Assembly (NCBI RefSeq): GCF_963921235.1
Contig: NC_086097.1
Coordinates: forward strand, 41,852,001 to 41,916,000
DNA from: Mobula hypostoma
Taxonomy: Eukaryota
Length of the DNA stretch: 64,000 nucleotides
Direction: 5' to 3'
A model generated the notes under the pieces. The model was not told the DNA's origin and did no database searches. It saw only the letters and a program-made list of their open reading frames with translations. Shown piece after piece: positions 24,917 to 36,364 of the stretch. The number at the start of each line of letters is the position of its first letter. The stretch's first letter is position 1. Made by a program: the position numbers and the translations under genes.

Positions 24917-25224
24917 TGCCCCACCTCCCCCTCGTATCCCATCCGTTATTTATTTATATACACACATTCTTTCTCTCTCTCTCTCCTTTTTCTTCCTCTG
25001 TCCCTCTGACTATACCCCTTGCCCATCCTCTGGGTTTTTTCCCCCACTCCCCCCTTTCCTTCTCCCTGGGCCTCCTGTCCCATGATTCTCTCATATCCCT
25101 TTTGCCTATCACCTGTCCAGCTCTTGGCTCCATCCCTCCCCTTCCTGTCTTCTCCTATCATTTTGGATCTCCCCCTCCCCCTCCCCCTCCCACTTTCAAA
25201 TCCCTTACTCACTCTTCCTTCAGT

Positions 25225-25262
25225 TAGTCCTGACGAAGGGTCTCGGCCTGAAACGTCGACTG
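25225..25262 (+). ncRNA. Minimal type I hammerhead ribozyme motif, core intact
   Basis: TAGTC (stem I), CTGACGA, AGGGTCTCGGCCT (stem II), GAAA, CG, TC, then GACTG (stem I). Predicted cleavage is after C25257 (GUC). Confidence 0.8.
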
Positions 25263-25754
25263 TACCTCTTCCTAGAGATGCTGCCTGGCCTGCTGCGTTC
25301 ACCAGCAACTTTGATGTGTGTTGCTCATATAGTGAAATATGTTATTAGCCAACATCTGTACTTTAACAGCAAATCAAAAGTTTTGAAAATATTTCAAAAA
25401 AGGTCCCCACAATGTTTGAAAGTCTTCGTTAGATTCAGAAATTGAACAATGAATCTTCTCTAAATTTAAGCATGACATAACACCACGTAACCATTCAGCA
25501 TGAGTAGGTGGAACGACATCCTTCCACTTAAGCAAGAGCGTCCTCCTAGCTATAAGAGAAATAAAAGCCAAAATGTACAAATGAGATGTCTTCAAAATAA
25601 TATCTTTATTTTAAATATTTCAATACAATCATCTTCCATTCTTCTAAACTCTGATTATAGACCTAATCTGTTCAACATTTCCTCACAAGACATCCCTTCC
25701 ATATTTTCAATTATTCTAGTGGACCTTCTTGGAGCCTCCTCTAATATATTGTTG

Positions 25755-25952
25755 TTCCTTTCCACGCCTTGTGGCACACTGGGTGGCAGCATTGCCATTT
25801 CTTTAGCATTTATCTTTTTTTTTAAATGAGGCCTGGTTGTTAGCTCACCACTCAACCTAGCACAGATAGAAAGTGTGCAAGGAGATGGACGGATTCAAAC
25901 TTTGGACCATTTGTCTTGAAGTCCAGTACGGATGCTACTGCTTCACTGGCCA
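25755..25952 (-). mobile_element. Decayed tRNA-derived SINE
   Basis: Minus strand begins GGCCAGTGAAGCAGTAGCATC...GTTTGAATCC (A-box and B-box-like); it interrupts the CR1 remnant. Confidence 0.6.
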
Positions 25953-26639
25953 ATGATTGTAAATAAGGGGGCCACACTGTACATAGTACTCTAGGTGTGG
26001 ACTCACTGGTGCCTTGGACTAAGATTTCCTGACTTTTATACTTCAAACATGTCGAAAAGGAAACCAGCTTCCCATTAGACTTCCCAGTTACCTGTTACAT
26101 CTGCCTGCTAGTATTTAGTGTATGATGATGCCCCTTCCATTTCCTCTCTGTTGCATCCTAATGAAGTCAACCTCCACTTATGTGATGTTTAATCCAGTAT
26201 GGCTTTGCAAATGTATCCTAATAAGTGATTCAAACATTTTTTACAATATATTAGGACAACTGGAGTATGGCTACCAAGCTTTGCCTTCCAGACTTTTGAA
26301 TTAGAGTACCTCATTGCCATCTCTAATTTGTCAATACCTCTCCAGAATCTATTTTTTTAAAGGTTACAGCCATTGTATCCACTATTTTCGCAGTCACTTT
26401 TTTCAGTAAACCATCAGGTCCTTGGTAGTTGCCAGCCTTAGTTTGCCTAATATTAATTTCCTAGTGATAGTGATGGTATTTAATTCCTCCAACGTTGTGT
26501 TTAGGTTTAATGGGATGTCTACAGTATTTTCTTCTGTGAAGGCTGTTGCGAAGTATCTGAGTGACTCCTCTACCATTCTCTTGTTTCCCATAGCCATTTC
26601 CACAACCTCTTTCTCTAGGGCTTAACATGTACTTTGACT

Positions 26640-27160
26640 TCTGATGTGACCAGTGATCAAGTGTAGCCACAGAATGCAATACAAGGCAGGTTACGTTGAA
26701 CCTATGTAACACACTGATTAGACTGCATAATAGTGTTCATAGAATAGAGCTCTATGCATAGAAACAGGCCCTTCAGCCAACAATGTTGTGCAGAATATTG
26801 GAATTATGAGTAATACTTAGACCCTTTTGCCTGCACATGGTAAATATCCCTCCATTCTCCGCAAATTTATTTACTTATCTAAGTGCCTTTTAAGCATCTC
26901 AGTCTTCACCACCAGCACTTTCCAGGCACCCATCACTCTGCATAAAATCTTGCCCCATGCAACTCCTTTGAATTCTCCCCCCCTCTCACCGGAAATGCAT
27001 GCCCGTTACCATTCGACTTTTTGACTCTGGGTAAAAAGATTTCATCAATGCCTTTCATAATCTTGTAAATTTTTATCAGATGTCCACCCAACTGCTGCTG
27101 CTCCAGAGAAAACAACCTGAGATTGTCCAGCCCCTCCTTTTAGCGCATGCCCTCAAATAC
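26640..27160 (-). mobile_element. CR1 3' fragments
   Basis: ORF 26933..27115 FSLEQQQLGGHLIKIYKIMKGID; CATAGAA tail near 26738. Confidence 0.75.
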
Positions 27161-27884
27161 TTCAGTTTATTTTTGAGGCTGGAAGATGCAATAGAAGCTG
27201 ACACTTCAAATACCACCATGTGGGTGAGCCATTCAGTACTGCTCATTACAGACTGTAAGCTAGGAGCTGGTGTTGTAGCTTTAATAACCATTGGAAGTAA
27301 TGAGTGAGTGGTTAATAACCAGAGGCAAATCCTCTTCCTTCAGTTTTATTCTTACAGTGCCTTCAGGATATACTCCAAAAGTTATATTTCTGTGTAATCT
27401 TTTTGGCAGAATGTGTCCTCAGATGAAATGTCCATTTAATACTCGCTGTATTAAGGATTACTATTTGTTTGAATTTCACATGAGGCTGGATTTCAGACTC
27501 TGGAAGCTGATGGTTGTGGAGATATATGTTAGCAACTAGTAATATTTCCATACTTCAGCAGAAATCAGCTCACAGTCATGAATTATACAACTAGAAATAC
27601 ACGACATAATCTTTCCAAATTTTTTTGTAGGATATTACATTATATATTAAAATTTTTAAAAATTGAAAGATGTGTGAAAGAATGTGACATTTTTTATACA
27701 ATTCACTGAGACATAACACATTTGATAACTCTCTGCTCCCTTCCCCCTGATTAGAAGTCTTGAGACAAAAGCAAAAAGATCAAAGTTCACTAGTGAAGGT
27801 CTGAAGAAGCTCTGTACTCACAGATGTGCTACCTTTTGTTTAGGACATTAACCTGAGACTTTGTGCTAAAACATGCCATCACGT

Positions 27885-30115
27885 TACAAACAGATAAGAA
27901 GTAAAAGTAGGAAAGGCCCTTACAGGCCCTCAAGCCTGCCCTGCTATTCACTAAGGTTAGGGTGGTCTTTTACCCTGGAGGCCACTTTCCTGCACTAACT
28001 CCATATCATTTGATTTCACTACTAGCTGATAATCTATCAATCTCTGCCTTTAAGTTACTCAGGGACTGAGCCTCCACAGCCTGCTTGTGGAGACATTTCC
28101 AATGGTTTTCAAACCTCCTGGGGGAGAATTTTCTTCTCATCTATGTCTAAATAACCTATTTTGAAACTGCGTCTCTTGTTTCTAGAGAGCCCACCCAAGG
28201 GCAAACTCACCCCTGCTCTTTCAAGTCTGGAAGAATGTTTCAATAAAATTTCCTTTCATCCTCCAAGTCTCTAGAGGGCTCAGAATATAGGTCCAATCTG
28301 TTTAGTCGCCCATCTTTGAACAATTCTAACAACCCTACCCACCCCATCCCAACAATTAACCTGGTAAACCTCTATATCTTCTCTATTTAATGTCTGTAAT
28401 GAAGTCAAATTTATTGTTATGTGCACAAATATGATGAGGTATGGGTACAAAGAAAAACTTGCAGCAGTATCACCAATAGATAGACGACACATGGAATGTA
28501 AATTCTACACAAATTAAACAAAACAGTGAGAATAAAAAGCATGTATAAATTAAAGCATCAATGCTAAAATACCACAATTAAAGACAAGTCCAAAGCAGTA
28601 CAAGAGGTGGTTCTGTTGCTGAGGGAGGATTATTTTTGTGCAAATTCATTCAAGAAGCTGAGTGCTGCAGGAAAGTAGCTGTACCTGAACCTGGTGGTGT
28701 GGGACTTCAGGTTTTTGTAGCTCCTGCTCGATGAAAGCAGCGAGAACTCAAGTAAGGTGGTGGAGATCCCTGATAACTGGTGCTGCCCCCTTGAGGCAGT
28801 GGTGGGGAGGGCTGTGCCCATGATGCACCGGGCTGCGTCCACTAGTCTCTGCAGCCTCTTGTGTTCAATATATTGAAATTGCCAAACCAGGCCATGATGC
28901 AACCCATCGGCATACTTCCAACAGTGCATCTGTAGAACTTTAGAAACACGAAAACATAGAAATCTACAGCACATTATAGGCCCTTTGGCCCACAATGTTG
29001 TGCCGACCATGTAACCTACTCTAGAACCTACCTAGGATTTCCCTAGCACATAGCCCTCTATTCTTCTAAGCTCCATGTACCTATCTAAGAGTCTCTTCAA
29101 AGACCCTATTGTATCCGTCTCTACCATCTCCGCTGGCAATGCATTCCACACATCCATCACTCTTTATATGAAAAACTTACCTCTGACATCCCCCTTGTAG
29201 CTACTTAAAAGTGTGTTGGAGTGTTGATGACATGCCAGTTCTTCTTAAGTTTCTAAAAAAGTAAAGGCGCTAATATGCCTTCTTCCTGACTACATCATGT
29301 GGTGGCTCGATGACATTCATCTGAAATGTTAACACTCAGAAACTGGAAGCTGCTAACTCTCTCCACTATTCTCATCAGAGGTCTATGTAAATGCAGTAAA
29401 ATGTCTATGCTCTAATTATCAAGTCAATAACAAAGGCCAATATGTCATTTACCTTTCTAATTACTTTTCATAACCATATGTTATAAATCCAAGGAATTAC
29501 ACAAAAGGTTACCTAGGATCCTCTGAACATATATTTAAAATATAAACTGCTTTTCTTTTCTCTCTATCAAAGTGGAAGACTTCACTTTTCCCCAGTTTAT
29601 ATATCTTCTGGCATCTCCTTGCCCTTTCCGTTAATCTGTCACACTGTGTCCTCCTCAGACTGATTCTGCCATTTCATTTAGTAGCATTTGGGAACACTTG
29701 GTCCCATCATTGATATGGATTGTGGACAACTTGGATCTCTGCAGCATTCCACCAGCTGTAATGACAGATCTTGATCAACTAGGAAAATGGGCTGAAAAGT
29801 GGCAGATGGATTTAACGCAGACAAGTGTGGGTGTTACACTTTGGGAGGACAAACCAGGGTAAGACTTACTTAGTAAATGGTAGGGCTCTGAGGTGTGTGT
29901 TGGAACAAAGTGAACTGGGAGTAAGTCTATAATGCCTTGAACGTGGCATTATCACAGATAGGGTTATAAAAGAGAACTTTTAGAACAATGGCTTTCATAT
30001 ATCAGGGCATTGAGTACAGGAGTACTGTGATGTTGAAGTTGCACAGATTAGTGAGGTTGAATTTGGAGAATTGTGTGCAGTTCTGGTTAGGAAAGATGTC
30101 AATGATCTTGGGCTG
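27885..30115. mobile_element. Cluster: old CR1 (minus), Rex1 (minus, 28400-29370) with nested CR1 3' end (28940-29207), and a plus-strand CR1 piece (29760-30115)
   Basis: Rex1 C-terminus HKRLQRLVDAARCIMG...TTRFRYSYFP in ORF 28630..29010; CR1 tails; LDQLGKWAEKWQM at about 29770. Confidence 0.75.
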
Positions 30116-31299
30116 AGGAGGGTTTATTTGAATTTAATTTGAAGCACACGGTGGAAAGACAATTATCTCCATCCTCTCTTCATTTGCCCTTGAAATAGCA
30201 ATATCAGTGAGTCTTAAGTTTTGTTGATATTGGTAAACATTTAGTAGAAATATTTTGACCAAAGTATTACATTTAGCTTTTATTGGCATTAAGACATCAT
30301 TGCACCACGTTTCTCTTGTTTACATGGCTTAGTTATAGAGTACTGTGTATGTGTATTACCTTGGTTAACACTGATTGTAAGAATAGTAGACAGTATTTGT
30401 AGATACAAGCGCACAATGAGGTTGTACTGAATTTAATAATGTATTTTACTTAACTTTCTGCACTTTCACAAATAAGATCTCATTAAAAACCCTGAAGAGA
30501 GCTTCTATCTCAGGTGATTTTTGAGAAGGTGTTTAACTCGCTGCATAGCTTTGAACATACACACTGCGGAGAGCAGTAGAGTGAAAAGATAACTCATCTT
30601 CAAAGGCATCGCCTGTAGTCTGGAGATGCGTTTGAATGTCAGCTTGCGACCTGAGTGACATTGATCGCCAAAACCTGGAAATGAGGTCAGAAATTGGTGC
30701 ATCTAAAGTGTCTTCACAATGCTCGAGCAAAACCATTATTAACGTAGCTACAGCACAAGCCCACAGCAGAGCTGAAGTTGCACAAATCACAATGGCTTAT
30801 GCTAAATGCGACATTCAGGTGCAAACAGAGAAAGCTCGTTTAGACATGGAGAAGGCATGTGTAGTAAAAAAAGAGCTTTGCCCAGTGACCAAACCAGACA
30901 TCAGAAATTTTGAGAGGAGGGGACTTCAATCAGGTCCATTGCCTGAGTACAAAAGGTAGTGGCAGGTCTGTACGACTGCAGTTCCCATACCAGGCAGTGA
31001 GGCAGCTGGTCAGGATGCTCTCAATTGTGCCCCTATAGAAAGTTGCAGGAAGATGGGAACCAGAGTGCCAGAACAGTTAGTGAAGAGGCCATGGAGGCAG
31101 ATGTTGGTAAAACCAACGTCTGGCATGAAGAGCACACAACAGCCATTTACTACACTCGGTACAGTGAGAGAAAAAAAGAGAAGCTCACCCAGAGCCAACA
31201 CCTCTTTCAAGCTGAAGCCTCCTTTGAGCCAAAGCCTGACACTCCTACTCTCACCATAAGTCTACTCTCATCAATGGCCGCCCCGCTTGTCCCTTCTGT

Positions 31300-31571
31300 A
31301 CTTATAAACAAGCTTCGCCAATCTGTGAGAAACATCGTCGCTGTGGCCTGCACCTGCCGCCGACTGGGCCGTCAGAATGAGTCTGAACGCCCACAAAACT
31401 CCTCTTTTAAACAAGCATCGCCAACCTGTGATAAACCTCACGGCCTGTCCTGCTGCTGATTGGGCCACTGGAATGAGCTTGAACACCCGCAAAACTCTCC
31501 TTTTAAAAAAGCTGCACCAATCTGTGAGAAACCTCATCACCGTGGCCTGTTCCTCCTGCTGATTGGGCCGC
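31300..31571 (-). repeat. About 2.7 tandem units of roughly 100 bp, likely CR1 5' UTR monomers
   Basis: The unit TAAACAAGC..CCAATCTGTGAGAAAC..GGCCTG..GATTGGGCC recurs three times, next to CR1 5'-like sequence at 31160-31290. Confidence 0.65.
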
Positions 31572-31757
31572 AAACATTGTTACACCACGAGTTACTTTCC
31601 TTACATGGCATAATTATGGAGTACTGCATACATGTATTAACTTAGGTAGCATTAGTTGTGAGAATAATCAATGGTATTAGTATATTCAGGTATGCAATGA
31701 TTCTGTATCGAATTCAGTACGTATTTTACTTACCTTTCTGCAGTTTCATAACTAAGA

Positions 31758-31978
31758 TTTTTTTTACCGTGCCCATGGCCTGTTCTTCATCAAGTTATGG
31801 TATTGCTTGCGTTGTTGTAACTATATGTTATAATTATGTGGTTTTTGTCAGCTTTTCAGTCTTGGTCTGTCCTGTGTTTCTGTGATATTACACTGAAGGA
31901 ATATTATATCATTTTTAATGCATGCATTTCTAAATGACAATAAAAGAGGACTGCATGTCCTCATAATTTAAAAAAAAA
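31758..31978 (+). mobile_element. LINE 3' tail (Rex1-like) inserted in the second LTR-like repeat
   Basis: TGACAATAAA followed by an A-run; the flanks rejoin to match the first repeat copy. Confidence 0.6.
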
Positions 31979-32689
31979 TCTTATAAAAACCCTAAAGAAA
32001 GCTTCCATCTTGGAAGGCTTTTGAGAAAGTGTTTAACTTACTGCATAGCTTTGAACTTATGCACTATGATGACAGAAGATCCATTGACATATTTTTTAGA
32101 TCCATATATTCCTAGTCTACAATAGCCAGTTCATACCTTGCATTTTGAACTAAATTACCTTGAGCCTTATTATAAAATTCTAACATATTATGATCATTCT
32201 TCAATAAAAATCAATTAACCACAAGACTTGTATTTAAGCCTTTCTCATTGCACAGTAATAGATCTCAAATTACCTCATTGTTTCCTCATCACATTGACCT
32301 AAAAAATCCATCTTCCATATACTGCATGCATTTGCTCTCCGAGCTATGACTACTAGATGGGTTTGCCCTACCCGTATGCAGAATAAAGTTTCATATGATT
32401 CTTGTAATACTGTTGTTGCATGCAACTCTAATTTCTTGCAGTATGTAGAATCTAGCATTACCACTTTGCATAGACAGTTGTTATCTATCTTTGTGCCCTT
32501 TGCTGCTTTTAGCTGTATCTAGAATGATACAGCTTGATGATTTTCCAAGATCCTTTCTCTATCTCATTTTTATCTCTTCCTTTACTATTAGAAAACCTCT
32601 CCTTCTTTCCTATTTTGACCACCCCTTCAAAGAGTTAAATATCTTAGGATATTTATTCCCTGAACATGGTCAGATTGCAACCATGAGGT

Positions 32690-33320
32690 TGGAAAGAAGG
32701 GAATGCTGAGAGGAGCTGAGTAGATCGAAGGGACAGAGGAGAAGCAGGTTATCGCAATATTGGATGATTCAGTGCTCAAGCTGCTGGATTGTAGACTACT
32801 CTGGCAGAATATGAGGTGCTGTTCTTCTAGTTTGTGTTTAGTCTCACACACACACACTGGTGTTTCCCAGCCCCCATATCGCAATTTCTTTCTCCACCCC
32901 CATATACTCTATCTGTCCATCACTCATATGCACATCTTATTGAGCCCCAACCACACCCCACCATTTCTATCTGGCCTCTATGCTTACTCCATTTGGTTCC
33001 TCTTCTTCACCCTGTTTTCTTATCAAACGTGTTGTCACCACTTAGTTCCTCTCAGCTTCTATTGTTATTTCCACCTTTCCCTCTGCCACCTAGCTCCATC
33101 CGCCACCTAGAACCTCACCTGGAACCACCTATTCTATTTCTTGCCACCTCTTTCCCACCTCTGGCTATCACCTCTTTACACCGGCTATCTTCCCTCTACT
33201 CCTTCAGATGAAAAACCTTGATATGAAACATCGACTGTCCATGTCGCTCTAGTGGCCTGCTGTTTTTCTCAGGCAGATCAGTGTTTGTTTCAGAATCCAA
33301 TATCTGCATCTCTTGTGACG
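32690..33320. mobile_element. PLE fragment with an inverted 5' part
   Basis: Minus-strand EN end ETKHKLEEQHLIFCQSSLQ (about 32750-32860), then a plus-strand pyrimidine-rich UTR and a decayed hammerhead at 33201-33238. Confidence 0.7.
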
Positions 33321-33584
33321 CTTGTATTTATCCGTACTGTCCCTTCCTGACAACCTCCAGTTATCGTCAACCATTTCACTATCTCTCTCTTTAACTTTTG
33401 ACTTTTGTCCTTAACTGAACCCACCCCAGTACAGTCTAGTTTACAACCTTTCACTCAAAGGCCATTTGGTTGGGACCAAATTTTGAAAATGCATTTACAA
33501 GTTAATTCAGGTGCAATGGTCAGTCAACACCACTCAAGTAAATGATCAGCACTTTTGCACATTGGAGTTTTACAGACTAAATAG

Positions 33585-33650
33585 TTTACAAATTGTCTGT
33601 GATCTTTCCTGCATTACAATAGTGACTAAAGCTCTAAAAGTAGTTTTTAA
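33585..33650 (+). mobile_element. DeuSINE 3' fragment
   Basis: TTTCCTGCATTACAATAGTGACTAAAGCTCTAAAAGTA resembles the Deu-domain 3' consensus as I recall it. Confidence 0.5.
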
Positions 33651-33659
33651 AATTTATTT

Positions 33660-34560
33660 AAGGTATATGGGCTCCACTGCTTATCTGCGTTTGAGAGGGT
33701 GGTGGTGAGCTGCCTTCTTGAATCTTTCCGGTTCTTGTGGTGTGGGTATACCCACAATGTTGTTATAGAGGGTCTTCCAAGATTTTGATCCAGTGATAGT
33801 GAAGGAACAGGAATATAGTTCCAAGACAGGACGGTGTATGGCTTGAGAGAATTTCCAGGTGGTGGTTTCCATGCTTTTGTTGTCCTTGTCTTTCTAGCTG
33901 ATAGAGGTTGTGGAAGTTAGGAGTTGAGGCTTTAACCACATGATTCTTAACTTCTGATTTGCTCTTTGTAGTCATGTTGTGTACATGGTTAAACCATTTC
34001 AGTTTCTGGTGAATGGAAACTCTGAGATATTGATAGGGGAAATTCAGTAATGTTAATACCATTGAATGTCAGGGTTTCCTCTTGTTGGATATTGTCATTA
34101 TGTGGCACTTGTGTCTTGCTACATTTGGATATGAACTATTTCTTTATCTGAGGAGTTGTGAATGGTGCTGAACATTTTGCAATCAGTAGTGAACTTCCCT
34201 ACTTCTGGCCTTACGGTTGAAAGAAGGTTATTGATCAAGCAGTTACAGATGGTTGGACCTTGAACACTACACTGAGGAGCTGCTGCACAGATGTCTTGTA
34301 GCTGAGATGTTTGACCCCAACCATGACAACCGTTTTCCTTTGTGCTAGGTATGATTCCAACCAATGGAAAATTTTCCCCCTAATTCCCATTGAACCTTAG
34401 CTTTGTCTCCTTGATTTTGTACTCAATCAAATGCTGCTTTGATGCCAAGAGCATTACTTTTGCTTCACCTCTGGAGTTCAGCCTTTCTGTCCATACTTGG
34501 ATTAAGGTTGTAATGGGGTCAGGAGCTGAGTGACGTCGGCAGAACCCAAACTGAGCTTCT
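33660..34560 (-). mobile_element. Old CR1/L2-group LINE of a distinct family
   Basis: AQFGFCRRHSAPD...WTERLNSRGE; PQCSVQGPTI; C-terminus SKSWKTL...RFKKAAHHH. Confidence 0.75.
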
Positions 34561-35421
34561 GATCTTGATTTATGTCCTTTTCTTCGGGGTGTTCTGAAAA
34601 TGTGAAGGCCCTGCATAAATACAAGTCTTCATTTTAAGCTTGTTTGCAAACTCAGAAAGCTAATATTTGTGATGTATTAGATATTTGAAGCTTTAGATAA
34701 GATATAAAAATACACCTAGCTGAGGATAGAATTGTTCCCAAATACTTAAACCTGTTTTGTAAATAAACAAAGTAATTTGTAGAATTGGAGCTCTTTCTGA
34801 TACTTCATTTTCTGGGAACTGAATCTCAAAAAGTCCTGTGGGTATGTTTTCAGAAAGGACTACAATAAGTAATTATTGATTAGTTGACTGCACGACTAAA
34901 AGAGTGCAGTAAATTACTGTGAAAATGATTAATTGCATTGCAATATGAATGAAAACCAGTAGTGAATAGGTTAGAGCCAATTAATTTACCAGTTATTCAT
35001 AGTAACTGATTGGGGATCATTGTTAATCACGTACTGCAAGCAGTGTAACTGCTCTTCAGATACAGCAGGCTATTCCATTCAAACAATGAATTAATCAGCA
35101 GAGAGCTGCTTGCATAAACTCTTTTCAAAATAGTTGGTAATTTGGTGGTGTGAATCATTTTTTTACCATGGAAAAGAATAGCACAATATATTCAACTCTT
35201 CAATCAGTTGGATATCAGCAACTCTTTCATCAATTAATGGTTATTAATTAATCAGCTTCTTGTCTTAACACTGTTTTCAAGATTTCCACTGGTTTAAATG
35301 GATCTTACCAAGGAAGAAGAAAGAAAGCAAAAATTTGCGGTATTTCTGACAAATGAATCACAAGGTAGAAAATATGGTACATATTCTTTCATAGTAAGTG
35401 TACTTTGAACTTTGAAATGGT

Positions 35422-35546
35422 CTGCTCTTTTTTTAAAATACTGCAATGGGATCTTTTACATTTAACTGTGTGTGCAGATGGGAACAGATTGAAAGCCAAA
35501 TCCAACAGACGATACCTCAAATATTGTAGCATTCCCTCAGTACTGC
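35422..35546 (-). mobile_element. DeuSINE (SacSINE1/AmnSINE-related) core fragment
   Basis: Minus strand GCAGTACTGAGGGAATGCT...GTAAAAGATCCCATTGCAGTATTTT...AAGAGCAG matches the Deu domain as I recall it. Confidence 0.7.
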
Positions 35547-35562
35547 TCGTTACTGTTATTAA

Positions 35563-36300
35563 TATATATTTGGTGGCCAATTTATTAGGTTCCACCTGTA
35601 CTGAATAAAGAGGCCACTAAGTATATGTTTGTGGTATTCTGCTGTTTTACTGTTGTAATACGCTGTTACTTGAGTTGCTGTCACCCTCATGACAGCTTGA
35701 ACTAGTCTGGCCAGTCTCCTCTGACCATTCTCAATAACAAAGTATTTTCGCCTACAGAACTGGTGCTCACTGGATTTTTTTTTAATCTTTCGCACCATTC
35801 TCTGTAAAGTCTAGAGCCATGTAAATGAAAATTCAACACCACCCCATCTTGCACCAAAAACTAAAAAGTCACTTCGATCACGATTCTTCTCCCATTCTGA
35901 TGCTTGATTTGAACAAATACTGAACCTCTTGACCATGTCTGTGTGCTCTTATGCATTGATTTATTTTATTTACTTTTTTATTTTGAGATACAGCACGGAA
36001 CAGGCCCTTCAGACTCAAAGAGCTGCACCACCCAGCAGCCCGCCTATTTAACTCTTGACTCACCACAGGGCAATTTACAATGACCAGTGAAGTTACTAAC
36101 CAGTAGGTCTTTGGACTGTGGGAGGCAGCCTCAGCACCCAAAGGAAAACAATGTGCTCATGCGAAAAACATACAAACTTTTTACAGAGGACCCTGGAATT
36201 AAATTCCAAACTCTGACACACCCATACTTTCTCCCACATAATTAGATATTTGCATTAACAAGCAAGTGTACAGATGTACAGTCCCTAACAAAGTGAATGT
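35563..36300 (-). mobile_element. Non-autonomous Tc1-like DNA transposon
   Basis: Decayed TIRs GTGGCCAATTTATTAGG and CCTAACAAAGTG; transposase remnants SSEHQFCRRK...GQRRLARLVQA (35559..35798) and FKSSIRMG. Confidence 0.8.
35959..36222 (-). mobile_element. HE1-like V-SINE inserted in the Tc1 element
   Basis: V-domain on the minus strand (CCTCCCACAGTCCAAAGAC...GGTCATTGTAAATTGCCC), a CR1-like 3' end and a (TAAA)n tail. Confidence 0.75.
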
Positions 36301-36364
36301 ATAGTATACTCTATAAAGTTGAGATCCTAGCACATTTCCTTCGGAAGCTTCTTAAAATGAAAAT

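Larger units (their letters stand above)
24477..25324 (+). mobile_element. Young 5'-truncated Neptune-type PLE inside the L1 3' UTR
   Basis: Cys-rich linker GTYPCKQNKCYT, GIY-YIG endonuclease, pyrimidine-rich UTR and hammerhead. TCAT is duplicated at 24473-24476 and 25325-25328. Confidence 0.92.
24194..25610 (-). mobile_element. L1-clade LINE 3' end
   Basis: ORF 25374..25595 (IARRTLLLKWKDVVPP...EKI...WGPFL) is typical of the fish L1 ORF2 C-terminus. A-rich tail at 24194-24216; perfect 11-bp TSD TTAAATATTTC (24183-24193 and 25611-25621). Confidence 0.9.
23840..26630 (-). mobile_element. Old CR1 remnant hosting L1, PLE and SINE insertions
   Basis: 3' UTR-type sequence at 23840-24180; RRSTRIIENMEGMSCEEMLNRLGL (about 25655-25740); linker remnant 26403..26603. 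Confidence 0.7.
30130..32075 (+). mobile_element. Probable BEL/Pao remnant: two diverged LTR-like direct repeats and a gag N-terminus
   Basis: 30299-30565 is homologous to 31575-32065 (the second copy is split by 31758-31978). ORF 30636..30959 (SKVSSQCSS...AHSRAEVAQITMAYA...EKARLD) resembles fish BEL gag starts. Confidence 0.55.

Noticed and set aside
25880..25952. tRNA gene
   Set aside because: A decayed tRNA-like head attached to a SINE body; no intact cloverleaf.
27291..27551. Acceptor-like TTTTATTCTTACAG and overlapping short ORFs
   Set aside because: No convincing donor site or protein similarity.
31300..31571. CRISPR-like array
   Set aside because: The units are about 100 bp, diverged, lack unique spacers, and have no cas genes in a eukaryotic context.
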